NCBI GenBank assembly: GCA_964440495.1 | Contig: CAYTSD010000001.1 | Location: 3,104-67,103 of the forward strand | Direction: 5' to 3' | DNA length: 64,000 bases | Origin: an uncultured Nitrososphaeria archaeon | Lineage (GTDB): Archaea; Thermoproteota; Nitrososphaeria_A; Caldarchaeales; Wolframiiraptoraceae | Part shown: piece by piece, positions 10,578 to 19,525 of the stretch | How the letters are laid out: every line of letters begins with the position of its first letter | Position numbering within the stretch: position 1 is the first letter of the stretch | Translations under genes and position numbers: made by a program | Notes under the pieces: generated by a model | The model's database searches: none | The model's input: only the letters and a program-made list of their open reading frames with translations | What the model was told of the DNA's origin: nothing

Positions 10578-10919
10578 ATGAGCGTCAAGATAGAGCCTAA
10601 GGAACTCCGCAGACACCTCGAAGTCATAAGCCGAACAGGGAAACTAGTCCTAGGATTCAGGCAGTCCTACCTCTCAATCCTCCACAGAAAATCCAGGCTA
10701 GTAATCCTCGCAGGCAACTGTCCACCAAACCTAGAGAAGGAGATTAGGATAGCGTGTAGAATGGCTGGTGTTCCGCTGCTTAAGACGGAGCTACTTGGAA
10801 GGGAGCTTGGATTCATGCTTGGAAAACCCTTTCCAACGGCCGTCGTCTCAATCACAGACCTAGGCAACTCAAATCTATTGGAGATAGTGGCGCCGCCTGA
10901 GCAGGAAGAGGAAGCTTAA
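10578..10919 (+). CDS. rpl30e: 50S ribosomal protein L30e
   Basis: TGKLVLG...LVILAGNCP...ELGFMLGKPF...ITDLGNS; conserved position after rpoA. Confidence 0.93.
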   Translation: MSVKIEPKELRRHLEVISRTGKLVLGFRQSYLSILHRKSRLVILAGNCPPNLEKEIRIACRMAGVPLLKTELLGRELGFMLGKPFPTAVVSITDLGNSNLLEIVAPPEQEEEA

Positions 10920-10970
10920 ACACATTTATAATTGCTTTTTCAAAAAATCCTCTGGAACCTTAGACAAGGA

Positions 10971-11417
10971 ATGGGAAGAGCCTTGAGCGAGGGCTTTAAG
11001 CTAACCGATAAAGAGATGCGATACATATCTCTCTTCGAGGCAGCTACAGGAGCAAACGTCATCGACTGCGTGGAGTCCGAGGGAATAATAGTCTTCGTGG
11101 TGAGTCCAGGAGACCTTCCGAAAGCCTTGGCCAGAAAAGGAGCGAAGATACAGCAGTTCGCTAGGATGATTAAGAAGAGGGTGAAGGTCGTCGAGTACTC
11201 CGAAGACCCTGCGAAGTTTCTCCAGAACGCTCTCATGCCCGCTAAACTAATCGAGCCTGTGAGAATCTCGGAGCGTACCGATGGTAGGAAGGTCGCCGTA
11301 GTGACTGTTGACCCGAAGTATAAGGGGATGGCGATAGGGAAGGAGGGGAGAACCATAGAGCTTGTCCGCTACCTCCTCCGCAGACACCATAAGATAGACC
11401 ACGTAATCGTCCAGTAA
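10971..11417 (+). CDS. nusA: Archaeal NusA-like KH-domain protein
   Basis: KLTDKEMRYISLFEAATGA, VKVVEYSEDP, AIGKEGRTI; follows rpl30e. Start uncertain (ATG 10971 or TTG 10983). Confidence 0.92.
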   Translation: MGRALSEGFKLTDKEMRYISLFEAATGANVIDCVESEGIIVFVVSPGDLPKALARKGAKIQQFARMIKKRVKVVEYSEDPAKFLQNALMPAKLIEPVRISERTDGRKVAVVTVDPKYKGMAIGKEGRTIELVRYLLRRHHKIDHVIVQ

Positions 11418-11477
11418 GAGGGATATTCATAAATAGAGAGCTGTACCCGCCTCCAGTGGAGCGGTGAGAAGGAGGAG

Positions 11478-13919
11478 ATGCCCTCTCAGAATCAATCCCT
11501 AATACTCTGGTTTGAGGAGCTTAGTAAAGACGATGTCCCCCTAGTTGGTGGAAAGAACGCAAACCTGGGAGAGATGACGAAGGCGGGGATACCCGTACCC
11601 CCAGGATTCGCCATAACAGCCTACGCCTATAAGAGATTCATAGAGGAGACGGGGATAGCCCAGAAAATCTACGAAATCCTAGAAGAGACCATAACCGACC
11701 CAAAGAACCCCAAGCAGTATGAGGAAGCATCCAAGAAGATTAGGGCTCTAATAGAGTCGACGCCCATGCCTAAGTACCTGGAGGAGGAGATAATAAAGAA
11801 CTACAAGAAGCTCTCGGAGAGAAGCAGGGTTGACAACGTCTTCGTAGCGGTTAGGTCTTCAGCCACAGCGGAGGACCTTCCAGGCGCATCCTTCGCAGGT
11901 CAGCAGGAGACCTATCTAAACGTTAAGGGAGTGGAGCAGCTTCTCGAGAGCGTTAAGAAGTGTTGGTCAAGCCTCTTCACTCCTAGAGCAATCTTCTACC
12001 GAACGGAGAAAGGGTTCAGGCATGAAAAGGTCTTGATAAGCGTCGCAGTCCAGAAGATGGTTAACAGCAGGTCTGCTGGCGTGATATTCACGATTCACCC
12101 AGTCACCGGAGACCGGGGCATGATTGTGATAGAGTCTGTGTGGGGTCTCGGTGAGGCGATAGTCTCAGGAGCGGTCACACCCGACCACTTCGAGGTTGAC
12201 AAAAACACATTCAACATCCTTACAAAACAGGTTGCGCATAAGACCGTTGAATACATCCGTGACCCGAAGACTGGGAAAACAATTCACGCCGAGGTTCCCC
12301 CTGAGAGGCAGGATGCCCCAAGCCTCTCCGACGAGGAGATCGTCGAGCTGGCCAAGATAGCGAAGCGCATCGAGGAGCACTATGGGACGCCTCAGGACAT
12401 AGAGTTCGCGGTCGACAGAGACCTACCCTTCCCAGAGAACCTCTTCATAGTTCAGTCAAGGCCTGAGACGGTCTGGAGCCTGAAGGAGGCTGAAGCCAAA
12501 GCCGAGGGCTCGCAGCAGTCGCTCACAGTCGCCGAGGCCAAGATAGTTGTCAAGGGTCTCCCAGCAAGCCCAGGCGTCCACGCGGGGAAAGCGAAGGTGG
12601 TTACAACCGTCGAGGAGGCTGACAAGCTGATCAAGGAGGGAGACATACTTGTCACGAAGATGACGAACCCTGACTGGGTTCCATACATGAGGGTGGCCGG
12701 GGCAATCGTCACCGATGAGGGTGGAATGACATGCCACGCAGCAATAGTCTCAAGAGAGCTTGGAATACCCTGCATCGTTGGAGCGAAGGATGCTACAAAG
12801 ATACTGGAGACCGGTGAGACCTACACGGTTGACGCCAAGTCTGGGGTAGTGTATGAGGGAGTGGTTGAGGAGCTTCTCAAGCCTGCGAGGGAGGCCGCGG
12901 CAGCAGCGGCGGCAGGGGTCACAGTAGCCCAGGCACCGGTAGTCACAGCCACGAAGATCTACGTCAACCTCAGTATACCTGATGTCGCTGAGAAGGTTGT
13001 GAATGAGAGCCAGCCTGATGGGGTAGGTCTTCTGAGGGCGGAGCACCTCATGCTCAGCGTTGGGAAGCATCCGAGGCTTCTGATAGAGGAGGGTGGAGAG
13101 CAGAAGATGATAGACGCCTTCGCGGAAGGAATAAGGAAGGTTGCCCAAGCCTTCTTCCCGAGGCCGGTAGTCTATAGATTCCTAGACTTCAAGCCCGATG
13201 AGTTCCTCTCCCTGCCAGGCGGAGAGAAGTATGAGGAGGAGGCTGGACACGTGGGCCCCAACCCGCTCATAGGGTACCGCGGAGCCTTCCGATACATCAA
13301 GGAGCCAGACATCTTCAGGCTCGAATGCAGGGCGATAAAGAAGGTTAGGGAGGAGTACGGCCTCAAGAACGTCTGGGTGATGGTGCCCTTCGTCCGGAGG
13401 GTCGAGGAGTTTGTCCAGGCGAAGAGGATAATGGAGGAGGAGGGGCTGCGCAGCGGCCCAGACTTCAAGGTCTGGATAATGGTAGAGGTTCCCAGCACAG
13501 TCCTCCTAATCGACAAGTTCATCGAGGCGGGGATCGATGGAGTAAGCTTCGGAACCAACGACCTAACGATGCTCATCCTAGGAATCGATAGAGACGACGC
13601 AGCGGTTCAGGAGATCTATGATGAGAGAAACCTCGCAGTTAGGAGGGCTCTAAGCCACGTCATAAGAATCTGTAGGGAGCATGGGGTTACGACAAGCGTC
13701 TGCGGCCAGGCTCCATCCAACTATCCGGAGATAGTTGAGTTCCTGATTAAGGAGGGTGTGACAAGTATCTCAGTGAATCCCGACAAGGTTATAGAGACGA
13801 GGAATCTGGTAGCCTCCCTTGAGAGGAAGGTTATGCTTGAGCAGCTCAGAGACCTCCTAGAGAAGACGGGTGACGCGGGCTCAAAGTCTCCGTTACGCTG
13901 GAGCAGTGAGCTCGACTAA
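11478..13919 (+). CDS. ppsA: Phosphoenolpyruvate synthase (pyruvate, water dikinase)
   Basis: VGGKNANLGEM, VAVRSSATAEDLPGASFAGQQETY, phospho-His GGMTCHAAIVSRELG, SFGTNDL; SD GGAGG upstream. Confidence 0.97.
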   Translation: MPSQNQSLILWFEELSKDDVPLVGGKNANLGEMTKAGIPVPPGFAITAYAYKRFIEETGIAQKIYEILEETITDPKNPKQYEEASKKIRALIESTPMPKYLEEEIIKNYKKLSERSRVDNVFVAVRSSATAEDLPGASFAGQQETYLNVKGVEQLLESVKKCWSSLFTPRAIFYRTEKGFRHEKVLISVAVQKMVNSRSAGVIFTIHPVTGDRGMIVIESVWGLGEAIVSGAVTPDHFEVDKNTFNILTKQVAHKTVEYIRDPKTGKTIHAEVPPERQDAPSLSDEEIVELAKIAKRIEEHYGTPQDIEFAVDRDLPFPENLFIVQSRPETVWSLKEAEAKAEGSQQSLTVAEAKIVVKGLPASPGVHAGKAKVVTTVEEADKLIKEGDILVTKMTNPDWVPYMRVAGAIVTDEGGMTCHAAIVSRELGIPCIVGAKDATKILETGETYTVDAKSGVVYEGVVEELLKPAREAAAAAAAGVTVAQAPVVTATKIYVNLSIPDVAEKVVNESQPDGVGLLRAEHLMLSVGKHPRLLIEEGGEQKMIDAFAEGIRKVAQAFFPRPVVYRFLDFKPDEFLSLPGGEKYEEEAGHVGPNPLIGYRGAFRYIKEPDIFRLECRAIKKVREEYGLKNVWVMVPFVRRVEEFVQAKRIMEEEGLRSGPDFKVWIMVEVPSTVLLIDKFIEAGIDGVSFGTNDLTMLILGIDRDDAAVQEIYDERNLAVRRALSHVIRICREHGVTTSVCGQAPSNYPEIVEFLIKEGVTSISVNPDKVIETRNLVASLERKVMLEQLRDLLEKTGDAGSKSPLRWSSELD

Positions 13920-14361
13920 GCCCTCAGAGAAGCACCTTAAACAGGCACGGGAGGTAGCCTCCTACATCTCCTCTCATTATTCCGGCGCAGAGAAGATAGT
14001 TGAGCTGGGGGTGGGCTTCGCTCCCTGGACGGCGCTCGAACTCCGGCGACTACTACCCCACACCAGAATTATTGTTGTGGATAAGAATCCTGAGGCTCTC
14101 CGAAATCTAAGCGGGAAGGGGCTTGAACCCCTCCTAGACGACCTCCTCACACCAACCTTGGAACACTATCTCGGAGCCAGCCTCCTCTACTCCATCCACC
14201 CGCCTCCAGAGCTTCTACCCCCTATGCTAAGGCTCGCAGGAAGGGTTGGGGCAGCGCTCCTCGTCAAACCCCTCTCAGAAGACATCTACCTCTACGGCTT
14301 CCACCCTCCCTGGCGGAGGATTAGGCTGGAGTCCACCGTAATCTTTCTCCGAGAAGGATAG
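13906..14361 (+). CDS. UPF0146 family protein (Rossmann-like)
   Basis: KIVELGVG...DDLLTPTLEHYLGASLLYSIHPPPEL...LLVKPLS. Start probably the GTG at 13906. Confidence 0.75.
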   Translation: MSSTKPSEKHLKQAREVASYISSHYSGAEKIVELGVGFAPWTALELRRLLPHTRIIVVDKNPEALRNLSGKGLEPLLDDLLTPTLEHYLGASLLYSIHPPPELLPPMLRLAGRVGAALLVKPLSEDIYLYGFHPPWRRIRLESTVIFLREG

Positions 14362-14397
14362 GGTTTAAGAGCAGGTTCTCAGAGTCCTTAAGCTGAG

Positions 14398-14826
14398 ATG
14401 GGTAACGGCGAGTTCGCGGCCCGCAAGCTGAGGCAGAACCGTAAGAAGTTCAGGTGGAGTCAGCGCAAGTATAGGATTAGAATGCTTCATCTAAAGGAGA
14501 AGGTTGACCCACTTGAGGGCGCCCCGATGGCTAAGGGCATAGTCCTCCAGAAGGTTGGAATCGAGTCCCGTCAGCCTAACTCCGCCGTCCGGAAGGCTGT
14601 AAGGGTCCAGCTCATAAAGAATGGGAAGGTTGTCACAGCATTCCTTCCAGGAGACGGGGCGCTGAACGTGGTGGACGAGCATGACGAGGTAATCATAAGC
14701 GGTATCGGAGGCTCTCTCGGGAAGAGCATGGGAGACCTCCCAGGAGTCCGCTACAAGGTTGAGATGGTTAACGGCGTCCCACTAAACCTCCTAATCCTAG
14801 GCAAGGCTAAGAAGCCTAGGCGGTAG
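14398..14826 (+). CDS. rps12: 30S ribosomal protein S12 (uS12)
   Basis: [41 protein letters not shown]. Confidence 0.98.
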   Translation: MGNGEFAARKLRQNRKKFRWSQRKYRIRMLHLKEKVDPLEGAPMAKGIVLQKVGIESRQPNSAVRKAVRVQLIKNGKVVTAFLPGDGALNVVDEHDEVIISGIGGSLGKSMGDLPGVRYKVEMVNGVPLNLLILGKAKKPRR

Positions 14827-14871
14827 AGGAGGCGCAATAATTTATCCATAGGTGGCCCCGGTTTCCTAGTC

Positions 14872-15660
14872 ATGGTACTGGTCTCTCCGACCCTGGTTAG
14901 ACGGAAGGTTGAGAACTACCCGCTTCTAAGGAAGGCTCTAGCATTGCTTGAGAAGAGCTCGGAGGTTCAGTCCTATCTCTTCATGGCCAACGTGATGGCG
15001 GTTCAGAGACTAATGTACAACGACCATGGCCCAGTTCATTCAAAGATTGTAGCTGGCTCGGCTCTAGAGATTCTCGACCTACTCCTTGACAACGGGTATG
15101 AGTCTTCTGTCGTCGGAGACGGCGTGGGAGATGAAGAGGATGCAAGAATGGTAGTCTTGCTCGGCGCCTACCTCCACGACATAGGCAACGCGGTTCATAG
15201 AAGCTTCCACCACATCACAGGGGTTGCGCTGGCCTCGAGGTTCCTCCCAAGGCTGCTCAAAGCCGTCTACGGAGAATGGGAGAAAGCCTACCGAATCACA
15301 CCCGAGGTTCTCCACTGCATCTTCGCCCACGACGAGAAGGAGCAGGCTCTCAGCCTAGAGGCAGGTATCACGAAGATTGCTGATGGAACCGACATGGCCG
15401 AGGGGAGGGCTAGAATCCCCTACCGCCACGGGAAATCAGATATCCACGCCCTCTCAGCCCTAGCCATCAGACGTGTTGAGATACTGAGCGGAAGCCCCTC
15501 AAAGCCTGTTAGAATCCTCGTTGATATGGAGAATGAGGCTGGAGTCTTCCAGATAGAGCAGGTTCTCGGCCTCAAGATAAAGACCTCTGGGCTGGCTAAG
15601 GCCGTTGAGATAGAGGCGCTGAAGCGTGGGGAGCCCTTCAAGACGATAACATTCGAGTAG
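14872..15660 (+). CDS. HD-superfamily phosphohydrolase
   Basis: YNDHGPVH, YLHDIGN, ADGTDM..GRARIPY. Confidence 0.85.
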   Translation: MVLVSPTLVRRKVENYPLLRKALALLEKSSEVQSYLFMANVMAVQRLMYNDHGPVHSKIVAGSALEILDLLLDNGYESSVVGDGVGDEEDARMVVLLGAYLHDIGNAVHRSFHHITGVALASRFLPRLLKAVYGEWEKAYRITPEVLHCIFAHDEKEQALSLEAGITKIADGTDMAEGRARIPYRHGKSDIHALSALAIRRVEILSGSPSKPVRILVDMENEAGVFQIEQVLGLKIKTSGLAKAVEIEALKRGEPFKTITFE

Positions 15661-15662
15661 CC

Positions 15663-16253
15663 TTACCTCGACGCCAACGCAACCCTCTCAAGCTCATGCT
15701 TCCTCCGCATAGCGAAGCTCTTAGCGTCGCCCTCGGCAGCCAATATTATCTCATCCGCCAAGGCTTCGTCGGTGGTCTTCCTGTTCCTAAAGCTTGCCTC
15801 TCTCGCGCCTTGAGCAATATGCCTCAACGCTAGGTCAAGCCTCCTCTGAGGAGAGATATCCACCGCTTTGAAGTAGACTATTCCACCGTAGCTAAGCCTC
15901 GTGACATCCTCCCTTGGAGCAGCGTTCTCCAGAGCTCTCACCAGAACCTGTATAGGGTTCTGCCCGGTTCTGAGGTGAATAATCTCCAAAGCGTTTCTCA
16001 CAATCTTGAGAGCCTTACTCTTCTTCCCACCGTTGGGGCCAGGCCGCATAAACATGTTGGCAAGCCTCTCAACTATGTTTACCTCAGACTTGGCGAACCT
16101 CCTATGCTCATGCCTCCCCCCTGAGTGAGGAATCACAGTAGGCTTGAGACAGATGTAACGCTTCAGCCCTGGGTCCTTGACCTCGACCTCATCCACGCTC
16201 CACTTACCGAAGATCTTGAACTTCTCCACGAGCTCCTTAGGCACCTCGCTCAT
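15663..16253 (-). CDS. rps7: 30S ribosomal protein S7 (uS7)
   Basis: KIFGKWS, PHSGGRHEHRRF, NPIQVLVRALENAAPRED, VDISPQRRLDLALR, ERVALASR. Confidence 0.98.
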   Translation of the reverse strand: MSEVPKELVEKFKIFGKWSVDEVEVKDPGLKRYICLKPTVIPHSGGRHEHRRFAKSEVNIVERLANMFMRPGPNGGKKSKALKIVRNALEIIHLRTGQNPIQVLVRALENAAPREDVTRLSYGGIVYFKAVDISPQRRLDLALRHIAQGAREASFRNRKTTDEALADEIILAAEGDAKSFAMRRKHELERVALASR

Positions 16254-16322
16254 CCAGCCTGGGAAGAGACGGCAGACTATTAAACCATTAGCCTCTTTTC
16301 AGCCGCCTATGCCTCCTCTAAC

Positions 16323-16370
16323 CTTATATAATCCCAGGTAACCAAATTCCGTGACCGAAAGAGAGAGGTG
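16323..16370 (+). promoter_or_regulatory. Putative TATA box and Shine-Dalgarno for EF-1alpha, within the divergent rps7/tuf intergenic region
   Basis: CTTATATAA at 16323-16331 and GAGGTG at 16365-16370, 6 nt before the ATG. A minus-strand TTTAATA near 16278-16284 could serve a leaderless rps7. Confidence 0.5.
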
Positions 16371-16376
16371 CGCTAG

Positions 16377-17675
16377 ATGTCATCCAAGCCTCACCTTAAC
16401 CTAATAGTTGTAGGACACGTAGATCATGGCAAGTCTACGACGATGGGGCACTTCCTAACAAAGCTCGGTGTCGTGGACCAGCGAATCCTCCAGCAATATG
16501 AGGAGGAAGCCAAGCGTCTGGGCAAGGAGAGCTTCAAGTATGCATGGATTCTCGACCGTATCAGGGAGGAGAGGGAGAGAGGGCTTACAATCGACCTCGC
16601 CTTCCAGAAGTTCGAGACAAAGAAATACTACTTCACGCTCATCGACGCCCCAGGCCACAGAGACTTCGTAAAGAACATGATAACGGGTGCAAGCCAAGCC
16701 GACGCAGCTATCCTAGTGGTCTCGGCGAAGAAGGGTGAGTATGAGGTTGGGATAGCTCCAGGTGGACAGGCCAGGGAGCACGCCTTCCTCCTATTCATGC
16801 TCGGGATAAAGCAGGTCATAGTTCTCATAAACAAGATGGATGACCCGACGGTAAATTACTCTAAGGAGCGTTACGAGGAGGTTAAGCAGGGTGTTACCGA
16901 CCTCCTGAAGAGGATAGGGTTCGATGTCTCAAAGATACCCTTCATCCCCGTCTCAGGGTGGATGGGCGACAACCTCCTAGAGAAGAGCGACAAGACACCT
17001 TGGTATGATGGCCCAACCCTGCTGGAAGCCCTCGACGCGTTTCAAGAGCCTCCCAAACCCATCGACAAGCCCCTACGGATACCTATACAAGGCGTCTACT
17101 CGATTAGAGGCGTTGGAACAGTGCCTGTTGGAAGAGTTGAGACAGGGGTCCTAAAGCCAGGCGACACCGTAGTGATAATGCCCGCTGGAGTGAAGGGAGA
17201 GGTTAAGTCAATCGAGATGCATCACCAGCCTCTCCAGCAAGCCGTCCCAGGAGACAACATAGGCTTCGCCCTCAAAGGCGTCGACAAGTCCCAGCTCAGG
17301 AGAGGAATGGTTGCAAGCCATCCAGACAGTCCATGCAGCGTGGCCAAGGAGTTCATAGCCCAGATAATAGTAATCTACCATCCAACAGCCATAGCAGCTG
17401 GATACACTCCCGTAATGCATATCCACACAGCCCAGGTTGCAGTAAAGTTCGTTGAGCTCTTGGAGAAGATTGACCCGAGGACGGGCCAGGTGGTTGAGAA
17501 GAACCCCTCCTTCCTAAAGACTGGGGACGCTGCACGCGTCAAGCTAAGGCCTATCCAGCCTACGGCGTTGGAGGCCTACTCAGACTTCCCCGAACTTGGG
17601 AGATTCGCGATAAGAGACAGTGGAATGACGATAGCCGCTGGAATAGTCAGGGAGATAACAGAGAAAGGGCCATAA
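16377..17675 (+). CDS. tuf: Translation elongation factor EF-1 alpha
   Basis: GHVDHGKST, ERERGLTID, DAPGHRDFVKNMITGASQAD, NKMD, LGRFAIRD. Confidence 0.99.
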   Translation: MSSKPHLNLIVVGHVDHGKSTTMGHFLTKLGVVDQRILQQYEEEAKRLGKESFKYAWILDRIREERERGLTIDLAFQKFETKKYYFTLIDAPGHRDFVKNMITGASQADAAILVVSAKKGEYEVGIAPGGQAREHAFLLFMLGIKQVIVLINKMDDPTVNYSKERYEEVKQGVTDLLKRIGFDVSKIPFIPVSGWMGDNLLEKSDKTPWYDGPTLLEALDAFQEPPKPIDKPLRIPIQGVYSIRGVGTVPVGRVETGVLKPGDTVVIMPAGVKGEVKSIEMHHQPLQQAVPGDNIGFALKGVDKSQLRRGMVASHPDSPCSVAKEFIAQIIVIYHPTAIAAGYTPVMHIHTAQVAVKFVELLEKIDPRTGQVVEKNPSFLKTGDAARVKLRPIQPTALEAYSDFPELGRFAIRDSGMTIAAGIVREITEKGP

Positions 17676-17721
17676 ACAACCTTAATTTATTCCCACTAAA
17701 ACGTATCTCCAAGGGATAGGG

Positions 17722-18405
17722 TTGAATCTAGTCATAAAGATAGGTGGACACCTAATCTTCAGGGAAGAAGGAGTAGATGTGAAACTGCTGAGAGAGCATG
17801 CCAGCATTCTCAGAGAACTCTATGACGGAGGCAGATGGGCTGTCGTAGTCGGAGGCGGAGACTTCGCAAGAAAATATGTCGAAGCATCTAGAAATCTTGG
17901 AATAAATGAAGCGGCATCCGACTCACTAGCAGTCCAAGTTACAAGAATCAATGCCAGGCTTCTCTCACTCGCACTCGGCGACGCAGCCTACCAAGCAATA
18001 CCCGCAACCCTTGACAGGGTAAGAGAATACGCAGCCCTCGGGAAGATAGTCGTACTTGGAGGACTCCAGCCGGGGCAGTCGACGGTAGGTGTGGCGGCAC
18101 TAACAGCGGAGGCGCTCGAGGCAGAGAAACTAATAATCGCAACCGACGTCGACGGAGTCTACACCAGCGACCCCAAAACAGACCCAAATGCAAAACTCCT
18201 AGAAGAAGTAACCTTGGGCAAGCTTCAGCAAATCCTCTCAAAAACCTCCCACAAAGCTGGAGAATACAAGCTAATAGACGCAATAGCTCTGAAGATTCTC
18301 TCAAGAAGCAGGATTCCAGCAATCTACATAAACGGTGGAAACCCAGAGAACCTCAGGAAAGCAATACTCGGAGAAAAGATAGGAACACTCGTCAAACCCG
18401 AATAA
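17722..18405 (+). CDS. pyrH: UMP kinase
   Basis: VIKIGG, VVVGGG..AR.Y, GGLQPGQST, ATDVDGVYTSDPK. Confidence 0.9.
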   Translation: MNLVIKIGGHLIFREEGVDVKLLREHASILRELYDGGRWAVVVGGGDFARKYVEASRNLGINEAASDSLAVQVTRINARLLSLALGDAAYQAIPATLDRVREYAALGKIVVLGGLQPGQSTVGVAALTAEALEAEKLIIATDVDGVYTSDPKTDPNAKLLEEVTLGKLQQILSKTSHKAGEYKLIDAIALKILSRSRIPAIYINGGNPENLRKAILGEKIGTLVKPE

Positions 18406-18613
18406 CCCTTATCAAAACCCCTCAAAACACATTAGGCAGAGAGCGGGGGTAGCCAAGCCTGGTCAAAGGCGGCGGGCTTAAGAACACACAAACCTGGTCA
18501 GAAGCTAAGAAACCCGCTCCCACAGGGGTTCGCGGGTTCGAATCCCGCCCCCCGCACCAGTAAATGAACACATCCACTAGACACTATGAAGCAGGATTCC
18601 AGCAATCTACATA
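18305..18613 (+). repeat. Exact 26-bp direct repeat GAAGCAGGATTCCAGCAATCTACATA (18305-18330 and 18588-18613)
   Basis: Read directly: copy 1 is inside the 3' part of pyrH, copy 2 is about 28 nt downstream of the tRNA-Leu CCA. Confidence 0.9.
18443..18559 (+). tRNA. tRNA-Leu(TAA) with 29-nt intron at 37/38 (18483-18511) and encoded CCA
   Basis: Acceptor GCGGGGG/CCCCCGC-A-CCA, D-arm AGCCAAGCCTGGTCAAAGGC, anticodon stem GCGGG/CCCGC with loop CT-TAA-G|A, long variable arm, T-loop TTCGAAT. Confidence 0.93.
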
Positions 18614-18675
18614 TAATCAAATCCGAGTCCCAAGTTATCTGGAAACATTAAATCATGTCCGTTGAGGAAAAATTT

Positions 18676-19506
18676 CTACTTAAAGTTTGAGATTATCTCT
18701 TTTTCAAATTCTTTAATCTTTTTTGCGGCCTCCCTTCTAGGGAATCTCCATGTTGCGGCGTAAAGACTGCATCCAGCCTTCTCATATGCCTCGACTTCTT
18801 TTAGGTAGGCTTTAATCTCATCATGTGTGGAGTATTCTGCGTATGCGTATGTGAAGTTTTCTCCTCTTCCATGCTTATGTAGAAGTTTCTCTAGCTCTTC
18901 CTTTAGTCTCTCATAGGTTGAAGGGGAAACCATTGTTGGAATCCACCCATCACCCATTTCAGCGGCGGCCTTCAGCATCCTTCTACCTGTTGTGCCCCAC
19001 CACATAGGTGGATGAGGCTTCTGAATAGGTTTAGGTTCAAGTATGGTGTTTTCCACATGATAGTATTTTCCATCGAAGTTTACACTACTCTCAGTCCATA
19101 GTCTCAGTATTAGTCTGACGCCTTCAATAGTTCTTGAAACCCTCTCAGAGTCCGGATACCATCTCCAATATCCATTAAACTCAGGTTTATACCATCCTGC
19201 TCCGACGCCTAGTACCGCTCTTCCGCCTGAGAGTATGTCGAGTGATGAGACTATTTTCGCAAGCTGCGCTGGATGTCTGAAGGGTATCGGAGTTACACAG
19301 GTTCCAAGCCTAATCTTTTCAGTATAAGCCGCAACATAGGTGAGGGCGAGCCATGCATCTAGAGTCCGATTATCTCCTGGAAAATTGTAGTGGTCCCATA
19401 TTAACAATATGTCGAATCCAGCTTCCTCGGCAGCCGCTGCAACCTCCCTTAGGAGTACTCTATCAATGTATGGGGACTGATTTGGGATTATTACTCCGAA
19501 CTTCAT
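18676..19506 (-). CDS. Luciferase-like (LLM) oxidoreductase, probably F420-dependent
   Basis: AEEAGFDILLIWDH, TEKIRLGTCVT, LDILSGGRAVLGVGAGW, PKPIQKPHPP. Start at MKFGVII (19506). Confidence 0.85.
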   Translation of the reverse strand: MKFGVIIPNQSPYIDRVLLREVAAAAEEAGFDILLIWDHYNFPGDNRTLDAWLALTYVAAYTEKIRLGTCVTPIPFRHPAQLAKIVSSLDILSGGRAVLGVGAGWYKPEFNGYWRWYPDSERVSRTIEGVRLILRLWTESSVNFDGKYYHVENTILEPKPIQKPHPPMWWGTTGRRMLKAAAEMGDGWIPTMVSPSTYERLKEELEKLLHKHGRGENFTYAYAEYSTHDEIKAYLKEVEAYEKAGCSLYAATWRFPRREAAKKIKEFEKEIISNFK

Positions 19507-19525
19507 GTCTTTTCCCTCGGTGTTA

